From: Paraspadella gotoi
Lineage: Eukaryota; Animalia; Chaetognatha
Reading direction: 5' to 3'
DNA: 11,053 nt
Assembly: GCA_051294375.1 (NCBI GenBank)
Contig: JBJCIZ010000744.1
Span: forward strand, 70,594-81,646
Positions 9,902 to 11,053 of this stretch are shown here, piece after piece. The stretch's first letter is position 1. Each line of letters begins with the position of its first letter. Made by a program: the position numbers and the translations under genes. The notes beneath the pieces are model-generated. The model was not told the origin of the DNA. It did no database searches and saw only the letters and a list, made by a program, of their open reading frames with translations.

Positions 9902-9904
<3 letters not shown>

Positions 9905-9960
<56 letters not shown>
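9905..9960. repeat. (CT)n microsatellite
   Basis: Direct inspection. Confidence 0.97.
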
Positions 9961-9963
<3 letters not shown>

Positions 9964-10024
9964 CTCTCGATATCTAGAGCAAGTCTGATTATCCCTGTCG
10001 ATGTGTGAGGCGAGGACGTAATGA

Positions 10025-10140
10025 TCTAAAACCAGAATCCAGTCCTCGTTCGTCGTCGTTCGTCGTTCGTTCGTCGTCGTCGTTCATCGTAGTCGTTCGT
10101 CGTCGTTCGTCGTTCATCGTAGTCGTTCGTCATTCGTCCT
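10025..10140. repeat. (TCG/TTCG)n low-complexity tract
   Basis: Direct inspection; same style as 6095-6160. Confidence 0.9.
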
Positions 10141-10280
10141 TGTCCTTTTCTTCGTCGTCATCATTCCCTACTTCCTTCAGATCATCTTCGTTGTCATCAT
10201 TATTCCCGTCGTCATTGTCATCCTTGTTTTAAATCTTAAGCTTCATCTCCTCTGTTCATCGTCATTAGCATCTTCGTTGT

Positions 10281-10479
10281 CGTCGAAGTCATCTCTAACA
10301 GCGAGGGGGTATAGGAAAAGGGGGCGAGGGTGAAGGACCCTTTTCACCATGGCGTCGAAGTCATCTCTAACAGCGAATGGGGTATAGGAAAAGGGGGCGA
10401 GGGTGAAGGACCCTTTTCACCATGTCGTCGAAGTCATCTCTAACAGCGAGGGGGTACAGGAAAAAGGGGCGAGGGTGAA
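10281..10479. repeat. 72-73-bp tandem repeat, about 2.7 copies
   Basis: cgtcgaagtcatctctaacagcga...ggggcgagggtgaa units start at 10281, 10353 and 10426. Confidence 0.95.
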
Positions 10480-10524
10480 ATGAAACTTTAACCTAAATCA
10501 TCCCCTTCTCATTCTCTTTCTCAA

Positions 10525-10755
10525 CTTCATCTTTTCTCATCTTCATCTTTTCTCATCTTCATCTTCATCTTTTCTCATCTTCATCTTTTCTCATCTTCAT
10601 CTTCATCTTTTCTCATCTTCATCTTCATCTTTTCTCATCTTCTTCTTTTCTCATCTTCATCTTCATCCTTTCTCATCTTCATCTTCATCTTTTCTCATCT
10701 TCATCTTTTCTCATCTTCATCTTCATCTTTTCTCATCTTCATCTTCATCTTCTCA
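10525..10755. repeat. Compound (CATCTT)/(CATCTTTTCT) minisatellite
   Basis: Direct inspection. Confidence 0.95.
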
Positions 10756-11053
10756 GTCGTCCTGACTTTACAGGGCGTTGAAAAATAACGAAATATAACA
10801 AATCAAGTGTGATACATAGCTATTTTAGTGTAATAAAGTCTGTAGAATTCGATGATGATAACCATTTTTTTGTATAGTCTCATCTTCTTTGTCGGAAATG
10901 ACGATTTTTGCAGCATATAAGGTACTATTAAAGTGGAGCAAACATTGTAGAGTATAAGAAACTCAAATTATTAAGATTTTATAAAAGCCATATTTAACTT
11001 GTAGGCTGGAACCCCGAGTTGGCGGGGAAAAAAGTTTTCTCGAAAATAGATCT

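Noticed and set aside
10281-10479. CRISPR array
   Set aside because: Whole units repeat with no unique spacers, the context is eukaryotic, and there are no cas genes.

Overview
Animal genomic DNA, AT-rich and very microsatellite-rich (probably arthropod, inferred), with a 25-N gap at 5591-5615. The left half holds the 5' part of a minus-strand SoxB1/SoxNeuro-like HMG-box transcription factor gene. Its coding exons are 4034-3377, 1283-1053 and 329-165, and the gene continues off the left edge. Unusually for SoxB1, it has at least three coding-region introns, two of them inside the HMG box. The middle exon has a 1-nt frame discrepancy, probably an assembly indel. The first coding-region intron holds a cluster of non-autonomous elements (two fold-back/MITE-like structures and a tRNA-derived SINE), and the second carries telomere-like repeats. 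About 2.5 kb upstream is a 172-bp palindrome with a single mismatch, built from two inverted minimal hammerhead-ribozyme motifs plus a 32-nt tail and flanked by a 14-bp target-site duplication. It looks like a very young Penelope-like pLTR insertion into an older dispersed repeat. The rest is non-coding, with simple and tandem repeats and candidate cis-regulatory motifs. Most ORFs in the supplied track are artefacts of repeats.
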